DNA of 64,000 bases from Octopus vulgaris (taxonomy: Eukaryota), in the NCBI GenBank assembly GCA_951406725.2, contig OX597814.1:189534001-189598000 (forward strand), given 5' to 3'. The notes beneath the pieces were generated by a model, which did no database searches, was not told where the DNA came from, and saw nothing but the letters and a program-made list of their open reading frames with translations. The translations under genes and the position numbers were made by a program. Positions 27,114 through 42,935 of this stretch are shown in pieces. Each line of letters opens with the position of its first letter. The first letter of the stretch is position 1.

Positions 27114-28042
27114 GTAAGGACTATCATAAATGTGCTTGATCTGCTATTTCAAGCTGATCAGACATCGTCAAAGAATACCTTACCTGTGTGAGTTCTTTGC
27201 AGAGAATAAAGTAGATAATACATTCCCTGATGTAAAACCTTTGATCATAATTCTGCTTCATCAGTACTGAAGCGAGGCAAATAACAACAGATTCTATTTC
27301 CAACGGGTTTTTATATAATTTCTATCTCCCCATTTTCTCACACAATGCTTGGGTGATCAGAGAATATGGTAGAAGACATTCTTCCAATGTGCTGCAATGT
27401 GAAATCGAACCGGGAATGAAATGAATGCGAAGTAAACTTCTTAACCATTCCGTTATGTTTGCTTCCAGACATCTTTATGAATTCAAATAGAACCGTGACC
27501 TACTTTTCTAATCAGTAGATTATAATAAAGTAATTACCATTCAAGAAGTGGTCTTGATTATTAAATTAACAGTACCTCCAACGGAGACACAAAAATTCAT
27601 AAACACAAAAATTTATAAGCTCAAACATTCGTAATCTCAAAAATGTGTGTATTCGCACCAAAAGATATAACTCAGTTATTGCAAGGAGATTCGGTAGAGT
27701 GGCGAACTAAAACATTCGTTCTACATAACTATGTTCCTTTTTATTCTGAGGTGATGTCTTACAGGAGCCGAAAATGCTTTCATCCTTCAGGAGTCGATAA
27801 AATATTCTATGATCGCGTTAATTGACTGTGTACACGCGCTAGAATTCCGGCTTTGTGCCAGAAATTATTTCGTCTTGTCCAGGGCTGACTGCGTGGTAGG
27901 CAGAAACTATCAGAGCGAAAGGAGAAGCTTTAGGGTTTTGGCAGTTAAAATTTAATCGGGATAACTCCCCACCTTTCTTCTTTTCTCTGGTTTAGATAAA
28001 ACTAGTAAAAAGGAGCATTCATGAACTGGATCACTTCATTCT

Positions 28043-28267
28043 TTACTGCCCATATGGGGCTACACACAGAGGGGACAAACAAGGACAGACAAACGGATTA
28101 AGTCGATTATATCGACACCAGTGCGTTACTGGTACTTAATTTATCGACCCCGAAAGGATGAAAGGCAAAGTCGACCTCGGCGGAATTTGAACTCAGAACG
28201 TAACGGCAGACGAAATACGGCTACGCATTTCTCCTGGCGTGCTAACGTTTCTGCCAGCTCGCCGCCT
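28043..28267 (-). mobile_element. SINE B with 16-bp TSD
   Basis: TSD tggatcacttcattct at 28027-28042 and 28268-28283. Confidence 0.92.
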
Positions 28268-29359
28268 TGGATCACTTCATTCTACAACGCACTTCTTTAA
28301 GCCAAAGATAAGAAAATAATATTGTAAGGAGTCTCTGACTAACATACTTGTTCGTTTGACTAACTGACCAACAGTTTATAATATTCCACTGAGGTTTATC
28401 TTTCTGATATCAAATACAACTGACGTCAGTTTGCGAGGAGGATTCTAAATGATCACACCATCTGCTAGATACAGCAGCTAAATTTCTCTCGAATCACTCC
28501 TGACTGCCTTAAATAGAGAAAGAATACATTAGATAATATAGCTCTGTTTGTCCTGAAAAATAGATGATTAACTTGAAATACCTTTGAACATATGCCAGCT
28601 TGATCAATGTTGTTGTAAAGTTAAAGTGCAACAACCACAATTTTTCATATATTTTTTAGTTTTTATTAATTTTCTTCGACAAAATATGTCTCATGCTCTA
28701 TTGCTTCTACTCCTTACACTCCTTTCTCACAAAACATAATTCATTATCCTGGGCCTAGTCCAGAGTATTTTACAGTCATTTGATATTGTTGTAAACGGTG
28801 AGTAAATAAAGAACATGCATTACATAACGGCATCTCGTTTTTGTTTGTCTTTGTTTTTCTTAATCATTCTGTGTCGAAATAACACAGGTATAATCTGTAG
28901 CTTTCATCATTGCAGAAGTGACAAAGTAAGTATAGACAATATACTAGATCTAACATCTTTTCAAATACGCTTGTATATTACTCTCTTTGGGAAGCAGACT
29001 CTGATATCATAAAGTAATATACTCGGACTTGCAAAACCAATAAATGGGAGAATGTGACATGCTTACGTATATACAAACATAGATGGGTTTGATTATATGC
29101 AGCAGGTGGTAGTGTTCATAACGCAGGTCATTTAACGAAGTCGGCGATTTGAAATGTGTTCATAAATATCTGTATTGTTTTATTATTATGACTGAACAAG
29201 CTGCTAAGGCAAAACTTGAAGTCACAGGTAGTTCTAAAATGATTAATGATCTCAAGTTAAAGTATACAGAACTTTATCATCAGCAAATGTTTTGTAACTC
29301 TCCTTAAATTGTTTTCAAATATCAAATAGTCTATGTGTATGTACATGCATGTATATGTG

Positions 29360-29480
29360 CATATATGTATTTCCGTATGTATTCACGTCTGTATGCATAT
29401 GTGTATGCATGTAAGTATGTATGCATGTATGTGTGCATGTATGTATGTATGTATATATGAGACTGAATCAGAGAGTAATG

Positions 29481-29526
<46 letters not shown>

Positions 29527-29552
29527 CATTACTCTCTGATTCAGTCTCATAT

Positions 29553-29603
<51 letters not shown>

Positions 29604-29725
29604 CATTACTCTCTGATTCAGTCTCATACATACATACATACATACATGCACACATACATGCATACATACTTACATGCATACACATATGCATACAGACGTG
29701 AATACATACAGAAATACATATATAT
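29360..29725. repeat. Inverted duplication centred on (TA)n tracts
   Basis: ~29360-29483 is mirrored at ~29600-29725, with an extra partial arm at 29522-29566. Confidence 0.9.
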
Positions 29726-29777
29726 ATACCTCTAACATCAACTGCCCTACATTGATGATAAAATTTCAATTAAATAT

Positions 29778-29835
<58 letters not shown>

Positions 29836-29866
29836 TTTGTGCGCATGATGTGTGTTTTAGATCATA

Positions 29867-30430
29867 TTGGGTTGTCAGGAAAGTTCGTGCCGATTTATAG
29901 TAGCTTACGTTTCGAATTATTTTAGAACATGATGAGTCCATGAAATAGAATTTGACTACACCTTCATTTAGAGCCCAGTTTAAGCTATATTTTCGTGGAA
30001 GAAGGTTTGTGTTCCTATAACCTGTGTTAATTCTGTAACCCTTTAAAATGGAAGATAAAAAAGTTCATTTTCGGCACTTGATGCTTTGGGAACCAGACAA
30101 AAATTGCTGCAGCTCGGCTGGGATGTGTTACCCTAACCTCCACATTCACCAGAGATTGCTCCTTCGGATTTCCACTAATTCAGGTCTCTGCAGAATAGTC
30201 TTAACGGTAAAAATTTCAATTCTTTAGATGACGTAAAAAGATACCTTGCTGAATTCTTTGCCATGAAACCACCTCAATTCTGGGAAGAGGGTATTTTTAA
30301 GTTAAAGGAATGATGGAGACGCATTGTGCAACAAAAGGGTTCATATTTGGTTGATTAAAATGTAATGGCAAGTATTTATTGACCTTTTTCTTTCGTTTAA
30401 AAATCGGCACGAACTTTCCGGACAACCCAA
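29867..30430 (+). mobile_element. Internally deleted mariner (cecropia/Hsmar1-like)
   Basis: 30-bp TIRs ttgggttgtcaggaaagttcgtgccgattt / aaatcggcacgaactttccggacaacccaa. MEDKKVHFRHLMLWE is joined directly to TRQKLLQLGWDVLP*PPHSPEIAPSDFH*FRSLQNSL.. Confidence 0.9.
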
Positions 30431-30654
30431 TGTTTTAACGTAAGGAGATATCCGCGTATGCAGATGTGGCTGAAACTAATAGCTCATAATATAAGGTGTA
30501 AAGCACGTTACTCCAAAGAATAAATTGGAGAAAATCACGTAAATGGATTGAAGAAGGTGTCTGTCTCAGAGTGATGGTTCATAACACCAAGAGACTGCAG
30601 AATTAGTCGATTGTTAACAGTAAAATTAGATGCATTTAATATTACATTTAATAT

Positions 30655-31068
30655 TTTTTTCTACTCTAGGTATAAGGCCTGAAATTTTTGGGGAGTGGGG
30701 CCAGTCGATTAGACCAACTCCAGTACGGAAGTGGTACTTAATTTATCGACCCCGAAAGGATGAAAGGCAAAGTTGACTTCGGCGGAATTTGAACTCAGAG
30801 CGTTAAGACAGACGAAATACCGCTAAGCATTTCGACCAGCATGCTAACGATTCTTATTTTTTTACTGCCCACAAGGGGCTACACACAGAGGGGACAAACA
30901 AGGACAGACAAACGGATTAAGCCGATTATATCGACCCCAGTGTCAAATGGTACTTATTTAATCGACCCCGAAAGGATGAAAGGCAAAGTTGACCTCGGCG
31001 GAATTTGAACTCAGAACGTAGCGGCAGACGAAATGCCTATTTCTTTACTACCCACAAGGGGCTAAACA
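30655..31068 (-). mobile_element. Cluster of tandem SINE B copies and fragments
   Basis: Two cores atcgaccccgaaaggatgaaaggcaaagttgac and three tail starts. Confidence 0.85.
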
Positions 31069-31244
31069 GCACTTATTTTATTGATGTTGGCACCGCCGGA
31101 TTGAATGGCACTGCCCATGTGTCGAAACCATAATATCTGTAGGGCAGTTGATGTTAGAGGTATGTTGGATTGTTGGTATGGCTGCTTGCGTATATGTATT
31201 ATAGTGCTATAACACATCTTTTTGATATATATATATATATATAT

Positions 31245-32629
<1,385 letters not shown>

Positions 32630-32763
32630 AATCAAAAAGGGTAATAATATAGATTACAACCAGTGGCCCAGCACAAAGGACGAATTAGCCATTAGACAAA
32701 ATATTATTCATATAGAAATATAATTAAGGGCTCCTTATTTAGGAACCCTTAATTATATTTCTA

Positions 32764-32797
<34 letters not shown>

Positions 32798-32996
32798 TGA
32801 GGGAATATTTTTACAAACTTACAGGAAAAAGTTCAATTTAGAAATACTAAATCAAATTTCACAAAATATAATATATATAAATATATATAAATTAGAAAAA
32901 AAAAATTTAATTAATTAATCATTGTTATATGTTTTACCTTATATTAAATCTTTCTATAATATGTAATTTTTCTAAATGATATAATTATGTATCGCC

Positions 32997-33114
32997 GTGA
33001 TCGCCGCCGTGACCGGCCAGGCTATCAGATGTTGCTACACATCGCTGGTCACAATGCGCTTCGAATTGTTTTAGCCTTCAAATGACGCCACCCCGCTGGC
33101 TAAGCGAGCAGGCC
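32997..33114 (-). mobile_element. Isolated SINE/LINE tail (tail type 3)
   Basis: Reverse complement of 35870-35980; also present at 35045-35160. Confidence 0.8.
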
Positions 33115-33115
33115 A

Positions 33116-33151
<36 letters not shown>

Positions 33152-33407
33152 TATGTATATGTGTGTGCGCATGTTTGTGTGTGTTTGTGAGCATTCACAC
33201 AGTTATGTACATATACAAATGTAAACAAATATAAACTCGGTTAGTGTTGTAAAGTGAGAGCCTTCGTACGGATGAGCAGTTTCCTCTCTTAATATTAAAA
33301 TTTGAAATTCTCACGGTAAAATTTTTTAATCCAGAAGAGTATAACGAGAATAACGTGTTCGCTTTTTTTTAATTCACGATACACTTCTGCACGAAACACT
33401 TTTACTC

Positions 33408-33533
<126 letters not shown>

Positions 33534-33622
33534 TGATTGAACAAACAAATGAATGAATCATACGTTCCAAATGATTACACTCAATATACTGGATGACTTG
33601 CGCCTTCCCGTTCGTGCACCTA

Positions 33623-33729
<107 letters not shown>

Positions 33730-33761
33730 TTATATGTATGTATTTATGCTTGTTTGTATAG

Positions 33762-33799
33762 CGTCAGACGAAACTGTCTTCAGTGAAACTTTAGTCACG
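33762..33799 (+). ncRNA. Minimal hammerhead motif (U4A core change)
   Basis: cgt-CAGACGA-a-actg/tctt/cagt-GAAAC-ttta-GTC-acg. Confidence 0.5.
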
Positions 33800-34356
33800 G
33801 TTTCTCTTTGTAGAAAAAAAAAAGATAATCCACTTTGTTACACCTATTGTGTGGATGGTTAATTGGTCTGTAACTGTTATCACATGTTTTTGCTAGAATT
33901 TGCCTTATACATTTCTCACACACACCCATGTACATAAATATATATCTATATATATATATACAAATATATATATATATATATATGGTAAGAATAAAAATGG
34001 ATTAAAAATGCAGACCGATATCAATAATGCACTCAGTTTTAAGCGAATTTGGTTAACTATATCAAGCAATAAAACACGTATAAAATGCAAACAAAATACA
34101 CAGCCATAATAATTCCTCGTGTATGATAAATAGTTCAAAATATCATTTAGAAGAATTTCGAGAAATTCAGAGATAAAGATAGTCACACTCTTGTATGGTG
34201 AATTAAAGATGTGATTTTCTCTAACCGTATTTATGTTGTTATATATATATATATATATATATATAGTTCAGCCATGGGCTCTTAAAGAGCCTCCTCGTTC
34301 AAATTGCTTTGCTGCGCCTCTGTTCTGTTTTGTTCTGCCAACGGAATTCCTATTTT

Positions 34357-34436
34357 TTCCTGATTAGAAAGCCACAATATGGTATCCTTATTTAATCAGA
34401 ATTTGGAAAATTGTGGCTTTTGAAACATGTGTAGAA
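34357..34436 (+). ncRNA. Hammerhead motif with long stem II (G8U core change)
   Basis: ttc-CTGATTA-gaaagccacaat...attgtggctttt-GAAAC-atgt-GTA-gaa. Confidence 0.5.
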
Positions 34437-34491
34437 TGCAATAAAAGGAATTCTGTTCAATCTTCGGTCAACTCCATTTCTTCAATTCACT

Positions 34492-34561
<70 letters not shown>

Positions 34562-34593
34562 TTTATTTTAAGCAGCAGAAAATTCAACAAAAT

Positions 34594-34631
34594 CTGTTAC
34601 TCTGAGTTTCTCGTTGCCGTTCATCAGACAG
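34594..34631 (-). ncRNA. Minimal hammerhead motif with intact core
   Basis: Reverse complement: ctgt-CTGATGA-a-cg/gcaa/cg-a-GAAAC-tcaga-GTA-acag. Confidence 0.6.
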
Positions 34632-34930
34632 TTTTTGCTAGAATGGAACCGATATATCAATTCAATCTAGACTCTTACGAACGCTACACCTTTAAAAAAA
34701 ATGGACTTGTTTGATTGGCCCTTTAGGAAAAACGGTCAATCTCCGAGCGATAAACCCCTTCTTTTTCTTTTTTTCCTTCCCCCTTCTTCGTTCCTTTTTC
34801 TCTCTCTTCCTTTCTTTCGTTTTTTTCTCTAACTGATACTGATGCAACTCTACGTCCCCCTTACTCAGTATATGAGAATCGCTCGACGCTCTAACCACTA
34901 TACCATGCACCTTCATACACACACATATAA

Positions 34931-35014
<84 letters not shown>

Positions 35015-35044
35015 GTAGATAGATAAATAGAGAGATAGATATTA

Positions 35045-35283
35045 CATGATCACGTTACTGACCAGGCAATCAGATATTGCTACACATCGGTAGTCACAAT
35101 GCGCTATTGCATTACTCTAGCCTTGAAATGACGCCAACCCGCTGGCAAGGCGAGCAGGGCAAAATTTCCCACGCCCCAATCGAAAGGGGGACTGGAGCCA
35201 CGTGAAATGAAGTGTTTTTCTCGAGAACACAATGCGCCGCCTAGTCAGGGAATTGAACCCATGAACCCACTATTTAGCGCCTT
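35045..35283 (-). mobile_element. SINE D-type head with tail type 3
   Basis: actggagccacgtgaaatgaagtgtttttctcgagaacacaat linked to the tail ctacacatcgg..cacaatgcgc. Confidence 0.65.
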
Positions 35284-35311
35284 CACATACACACACGCAC
35301 ACACACGTATA

Positions 35312-35346
<35 letters not shown>

Positions 35347-35694
35347 CTTTAATTCGTTTCGATCACTGAACAGCAGGCATACTGTGACCCCACATCTTGC
35401 AATGTTCAAGTCGATCAGATCGATCTTCATATTTTTTCAAGTGCAGGACTTATTCTGTCGGCCTCCTCCTGATGGACCCTGAGGTTACACAGATTCAAAC
35501 AAACCAAGGTGTCAAGGAGAGGGCTTGGGAGAATCAAAAGTACAGACACATACGCTGACAGACAGAGAGACAGACTGATGGACGGACGGACGGACGGACG
35601 GACGAACGGGCGGATGGATGGATGGATGGATGGATGAATGGATGGATGGAGAGATAGATAGACATAGTCCGCTGCCCTAACCACTGGGCCATTG

Positions 35695-35982
35695 CCCAGT
35701 GGTTAAGGCAGCGGACTCGCGATCGTAGGATCGCGGTTTCGATTCCCATACCGGGCGTTGTGAGTGTTTATTGAGCGAAAACACCTAAAGCTCCACGAAG
35801 CTCCGGCAGGGGGATGTAGCGATCCTTGCTGTACTCTTTCGCCACAACTTTCTCTCACTCTTTCTTCTGTTGGCCTGCTCGCTTAGCCAGCGGTGTGGCG
35901 TCATTTGAAGGCTAAATCAATGCGAAGCGCATTGTGACCAGCGATGTGTAGCAACATCTGATAGCCTGGTCGGTCACGTGGT
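35695..35982 (+). mobile_element. SINE C (tail type 3) with 5' fold-back
   Basis: C head and body followed by ggcctgctcgcttagccagcgg..gcattgtgaccagcgatgtgtagc; inverted head copy at 35666-35694. Confidence 0.85.
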
Positions 35983-36294
35983 GATAAGGAATTGTATAAC
36001 AAGATTGTTAAAATCTTTTGTGTATTGTAGAAATATAGCTAATTTATTGCACAATATTTTGACGACAGAATCTTATAAGGACCTCTGAGGACTCACTAGA
36101 AATGGCATCTAGATCTTCCTTAAATCCGACTTAACAGCCTTTTTTAAAAATTGAATGACTCTTTGGATATTCTTTGAATAATGATACACCATGCAAGAAA
36201 ATATGTATATGATAGTCAAGACTGGAATATCTTTGATCATAATCCCTTTCCGTCAAAAGCGGTCCAAGAAATAAAGACCACCACTAGCAATAAT

Positions 36295-36510
36295 TACTGC
36301 TTTCAAATTTTGGCACAAGGCCAGCATGTTTGGGGAGGGTGCTATTCGATTACATCGACGCCAGTGTTCAACTTGGTACTTATTTTATTGACTCCGAAAG
36401 GATGAAATGCAAAGTCGACCTGAGTGGAATTTGAACTGAGAATGTTAAGATGGATGAAATGTCGCTAAGTATTTTGCCCGACGTGCTAACGACTCTGCCA
36501 ACTCACCACC
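36295..36510 (-). mobile_element. SINE B, diverged variant
   Basis: Core gaaaggatgaaatgcaaagtcgacc..ggaatttgaac. Confidence 0.8.
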
Positions 36511-36679
36511 GTACACCACCAACAAAAATTATTCAAAATGATACAACTGATTACACCTCAGCTTCTTCTGGTTCCTAAATTCTAAATTCTTGTAACAGAC
36601 GAGGCTGAGTAATATGCCCAAGGTGCCACGCAATGGAATCAAACTTGAAGTCATGGAGTTGCCATGCGATATTACTCAT

Positions 36680-37070
36680 TACTCTTTACTCTTTTACTTG
36701 TTTCAGTCATTTGACTGCGGCCATGCTGGAGCACCGCCTTTAGTCGAGCAAATCGACCCCAGGACATATTCTTTGTAAGCCTAGTACTTATTCTATCGAT
36801 CTCTTTTGCCGAACCGCTAAGTTACGGCGACGTAAGCACACCAGCATCGGTTGTCAAGCGATGTTGGGGGACAAACACCGACACACACACACACATATAT
36901 ATATATACATATATACGACGAGCTTCTTTTCAGTTTCCGCCTACCAAATCCACTCACAAGGCTTTGATCGGCCCGAGGTTATAGTAGAAGACACTTGCCC
37001 AAGGTGCTACGCAGTGGGACTGAACCCGGAACCATGTGTTCGATAAGCATATTGTTTTCGATACAACCAT
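36680..37070 (-). mobile_element. SINE A
   Basis: Family consensus match. Confidence 0.9.
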
Positions 37071-37605
37071 TGAAGTAAGAACTAAATAAAATTTTAAGTT
37101 TTAATAAGCTGCGAATAGGTAATTTCATTCACTCAAGGATGTATAATATTAATTTCTTCATTTATTGTTATTTATTTCAAATGAAACTCGCAGCAAAATC
37201 AGTTCCTCACGTTCCCGGCTTTGTCTTCATAATTTTCGCTTTGCACTTCATTCTGTATTACTTGCGTGTTAGAACTTTAAATTTTACATTTTTTACTTGT
37301 TTCTTTCATTAGATGTCTCTAACTATTTTACATTGTGAAACGTAGAATAAAGGAGAATTTCGTAACTGAAATAAATAATACAATTTAAAAAGAAAAAAAA
37401 GAAAAGAAAAAGATATTCTAATATCAAAGTAGTTGATAAATCTACGTTAAAGAAGTTGATAAAAAGAAAAACTACGAAGCACATACACAAACATTTACAC
37501 ACAGACACACACACATGTGTATTTATCTTTATATCTATGTAGCTACGTATGTATAAGAAGTCTTCTTTCTTTCCGTGAAGTAGTTTACCAAACAACATGT
37601 ACACA

Positions 37606-37655
<50 letters not shown>

Positions 37656-38073
37656 TTACAGCGACAAACACAAACAGAAGGCTAAAAAAAGAAGAAAACT
37701 AATTAATTAAACTCTTAACTAACAACAACAAGTATTTATTGTGTTTGCTTGTTTATAAATCATGTCGTGAACAACTGTGTTTCTTTAAATGTCAAGATTT
37801 CAACAAGAAAGAATAAGTAAAGAAATCCATAAATAGATTAGAGCGGCGAAGGAGAATGACACTGACTGAAGAAAACTATCTTAGGCAGTCACAGTTTATA
37901 AAACGATATCACACAGAGTGCATGAAACATTAGACTGAATAGGTTTTTCAGCCGAACAAATGTTCAAAGGTTATGGTGTTCACATGCATACATAGGCATA
38001 CACGCACGCATGCAATCACACAGCGTATATGTGTAGGTTTATATGCGCGTCTGAGGAGAGCGCACACGCATAA

Positions 38074-38125
<52 letters not shown>

Positions 38126-38965
38126 GCGTGCAATAGATAGCTATTTGGATAGTAGATAGCTAGATGTATAACAGATACATATGTATGCATCAATATACAT
38201 ACATATATACATTCACGCTTACATGCATGCATGCATACATAATTACATACGTACATGCATAACATACATACACACGTATACGTACCTACATATGTACATA
38301 CATACATACGTATGTGCGTACATACATGCATACATACATTCATACATAAATACATATATACATACATACGTACTACGTACGTACGTACATGCATATATAC
38401 ATACGTACGTACATACATACATTCATACATACATACATACATACATACATACATACATACATACATACATACATACATACATACGTACATACATACGTAC
38501 ATACATACGTACATACATACATTCATACATACATACATACATTCATACATACATACATACATCCATACATACATACATGGAATCGTCCATTCAGAGACAT
38601 ATCAGTGTGCGTTTATTTTTAAGTGCGAATCAATACTTGCAGAAAAAAACACAGGAGAAATTGAAATATGTGTGTAACCATTTATGTGTATATGTGTGCG
38701 AATGTATATTTGTGTGTTCGTGTGTTTTTGTGAGTGCATTTGCATATGTACGTATGTATATGTATATGTTTGTGCGTAGGCGGGTGTGTATGTGTATATG
38801 CATGGACATACGTATATCTATAGATTAAGGAGAGTACATGAATGAAAAAGTTATATGAATGCAAAAAGGAGAAAAGTGATCATTTTATATGTCTGTGTGT
38901 GTGAGCGTCTATGTGTGAATGTGTAGCATAAGTACATACATATACATATTATATATATATATCCA

Positions 38966-39019
<54 letters not shown>

Positions 39020-39022
<3 letters not shown>

Positions 39023-39215
39023 AGAGTTTACGAAAAAAAAACAAAAGACGAAGACAGGTGGTGAACAAAACAAACAGATGTATTAGTATAATGCTCAGGA
39101 ATTGAAAAAGTCTTTTACGTTTCGAGCCTACGCTCTTCTACAGAAAGGGACACAGTAAAAAAAAAACAAGGCGAGTAAAAAAATGTGTGTAGTGGCTACC
39201 GATCTATCATGGCGA
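39020..39215 (-). mobile_element. Penelope-like terminal unit (CUGUNGA hammerhead family) next to (TA)n
   Basis: Near-reverse complement of 4870-5030. Confidence 0.6.
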
Positions 39216-39647
39216 CATAAAGAGATAGATAAATAGATAGATAAAGGCAGAGGGGGAAGAAAAAGAAAGATATGGATTAATTAATAAATCTATTGTGTAT
39301 TTTCCTGTACATTCATCGGTTCTGTCTGTTTGCTAGTCCCTATACTTTTGGTAGTAGAAGATTCGATGCTTTTAACACCGGCTAATGAGAGACATTCTCT
39401 TCGAAACAGAACATACCATACTGAAATATGTGTTACCCTATTACGCAAAAATTGAAAAATTAACATTGCAAAATTGCAAAATTAACACTGAAAAAAATGA
39501 TTACATAAATGATCGATTTTAGAAAATTATTGATTTCTCATACACGAGCATACGTGAGTATTCGTGAGTGTATTATATGTGTACGTTCACATAGTGTATG
39601 TGTGTGTGTGTGTGTTCGTGTGTGTATGTGTATGAGTGTGTGTGTTC

Positions 39648-39688
<41 letters not shown>

Positions 39689-39739
39689 TAGATACACACA
39701 TATACATATATATATATATCTATATATATATATATGGAG

Positions 39740-39779
<40 letters not shown>

Positions 39780-39911
39780 GGATGGATGGCTTGATAGATA
39801 GATAGACTTGTACTTACAAGCATACACGCATACATACACACGTACGTACGTATGTGTGTGTGTACATATGTATGTATGCATGTATATTTGTAACTATGTA
39901 TATATTGTAGT

Positions 39912-40490
39912 ATTCAGTTTTATCTCTAGATTTCTTGTCAAAGGAGAAATACGGTTTCTAATCCAGATCCAAGTCTCTTCATTAAAATTTGAAACAATAT
40001 TAACAACGTATTTGTGATGTTTGTCTGTATATGTTCAATATTCGAGCATGCGCAAATCTTTAGGTTCTGTTTCATGTATGCATTCTCAGGCATGTAGTTG
40101 TATGTCCAGGGTTATACACACATGTTTAAATGCTAAACATTTGAACAATTTTGACAATTCCGTTGATGTTTTGTATCTGAATCTTCTCATTAGTTTTTTC
40201 CTCTCTGGTTTTGCGAAGTTTACTCTCTAAAGATTGGAGCTTAGGTCGTATGCTATATATCCTGGTGCCCCAAGAATTACAGGTATCGATCTGAACTTGT
40301 AATCCCGGTAGAGTAGCAGTAAATTTCTGAACAGTAAAGTGTAGGTGATTTCCACTACTGTATATCTTCTTATCCTTCCCAAATAACTATGTCAGGTCAA
40401 TTATCATTTCATTTTATTAAGGTTTTCGCTGGGACGTTCCACCAGTATTTTTTCATGTTATGAGTGGCTATAGCCTCTACCACACTGTAT
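39912..40490 (-). mobile_element. R4/Dong-like RLE non-LTR 3' fragment, second copy
   Basis: EAIATHNMKKYWWNVPAKTLIK..PDIVIW..TVVEI..FRNLLLLYRDYKFRSIPVILGAPGYI..KPERKKLMRR. The 3' UTR matches 3675-3778; flanked by (TATG)n. Confidence 0.78.
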
Positions 40491-40541
40491 GTACGTATGT
40501 ACATATGTATGTATGTGTGTATGTATGTATGTATGTATGTA

Positions 40542-40574
<33 letters not shown>

Positions 40575-41081
40575 ATGTATATATATATATATGTATGTAT
40601 GTATGCATGTATAAATGTATGTGCGTCTGTATGCATGCATGTATGTACGCACATATGTATGCATAGATGCGTTTTACCTTATAGAGATGACGAGAAAAAT
40701 GGAAATAGACACCTCAAAATAGTGATGGAGCAAAGCATCAGTTTCGTATATGTGTGTGTGCGTGTGTGTGTGTCTTTGCATGTGTATGTACGTATGTGTG
40801 TGTGTAAGCGTAGGAGCGTGTGTCTTTGTGTATGTGTTTGTTTATGCTTAGTGTACACAGAGATAGATCTATAGATAGAAAGATTGATAGATACATACAT
40901 ACATACATACATACATACATACATACATACATACATACATGATTACATACATATATTTAAATAAATATATAAGCAACTACGCATATACACACATATGTGA
41001 AGATATATGCGTCGGGGTGCACGCACGTACACACACATGTACACACACACGTAGAAGCATTCAGAATACACTCATATCTAT

Positions 41082-41138
<57 letters not shown>

Positions 41139-41869
41139 AATCTATCTATCTATCCTTTATCTCTGACTGTCCATCTGTCTTCCTCTCTCACTTTCCATCT
41201 CTCTCTCTCTCTCGCCAACTAAATACGTGTGTACATGTGTCTGCGTGTGTGTAGGTATGATTAAATGTACGTATATTTGCCTCCTTTTCTCTGTCTCTCT
41301 ATCTCTACCTCTTTCTCTGTCTCACTTTCTCTTCCATATATATATATGGATATATATATATGTACGTATGCATGCATGTATGTGTGTATGTAGGTATGTC
41401 AGTAGGTAGGTAGGTATATCCATCTTAGTGATGTGAATGTAAGATTAAGGGAAGTCATACCACCCCTCCACCCCTTATTTTGCATTACACGCGTGACTAC
41501 GGTTGATAATTGAAGCAGAGCCGACTCATTACTCCTTGACCACCATCTGCCCTACATATGCTACTTCAATCGGTACAACACACGTACTGAGTACCCCTTT
41601 TTTGCTTGCCATTTTCACTGTTACGTTGTATTTCAGTATATGCGAGTAAATATATAGCTATGAACAGAAGCAGATATACATAAGTGTGTGTGTATGTATA
41701 TATATATATACATATATATATGTGTGTGTGTGTGTATGTATAAATATATGCATATATATATGTATGTATATATGTTTATATATGTATACATTTGTATATA
41801 TACATATATGTCTATATATGTATACGCATATATGTATGTGTATATATATGTATATATATACACACACAC

Positions 41870-41921
<52 letters not shown>

Positions 41922-42124
41922 TATATATGTATAGCTATATGTATATATATATATGTATGTATATTTTTTAAAATTTTGTCTAGTTTCAGCTCACGAGCTG
42001 TGGCCATGCTGGGGCACCGCCATTTGGTGTTGTTACTTGATAAGGGTAAAAAATCATTAATGATTTTACCAGGGTGTCAGCGCGGAAATAAAAACCTTAT
42101 AGATAAATTTTACAAATATTTTCA

Positions 42125-42337
42125 TAATTATACACATAATTATAACAAAGGATTGCCCATAATCCTCTCCAGGCGCTGGAAAAATAGACGCCAAAAGACG
42201 CTATTCTTTTACCCGACTACTGCCCAATGTGTTATTCTCGGAGTTTTAAGGCAGTAAAAGTGTCTTTTGGCCGCTATTCTTCCAACGCGTGGAAGTGCTT
42301 ATAGTCAATCCCTTGTTATAATCACTTATGTAATTAT
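42125..42337. mobile_element. MITE-like imperfect foldback
   Basis: Arms ataattat..ttataacaaaggattg..ccaggcgctggaaaaatag..gccaaaagac vs gtcttttggc..ctattcttccaacgcgtgg..caatcccttgttataa..taattat. Confidence 0.65.
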
Positions 42338-42344
42338 TAATATA

Positions 42345-42718
42345 TACTCTTTTACTCTTTTACTTGTTTCAGTCATTTGACTGCGGCCATGTTGGAGCAA
42401 ATCGACCCCGGGACTTATTCTTTTGTAAGCCCAGTACTTATTCTATCGGTCTTTTGCCGAACCGCTAAGTGACGGGGACATAAACACACCAGCATCGGTT
42501 GTCAAGCAATGCTAGGGGGACAAACACAGACACACAAACACACTCACTGCATATATATATATATGCGCCGGGCTTCTTTCAGTTTCCGTCTACCAAATCC
42601 ACTCACAAGGCTTTGGTCGGCCCGAGGCTATAGTAGAAGACACTTGCCCAAGATGCCACACAGTGGGACTGAACCCGGAACCATGTGGTTGGTAAACAAG
42701 CTACTTACCACACAGCCA

Positions 42719-42721
<3 letters not shown>
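42345..42721 (-). mobile_element. SINE A
   Basis: Family consensus match. Confidence 0.9.
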
Positions 42722-42777
<56 letters not shown>

Positions 42778-42902
42778 TGTAGCCAACATATTGACACTCG
42801 TATGTTGTTATTGCTATGAAATAAACTCAGACACAAACGTGCAATTATATTTATAACCCAATGTCTACTAATATTTATACACCAACATACATACATACAA
42901 TC

Positions 42903-42935
<33 letters not shown>

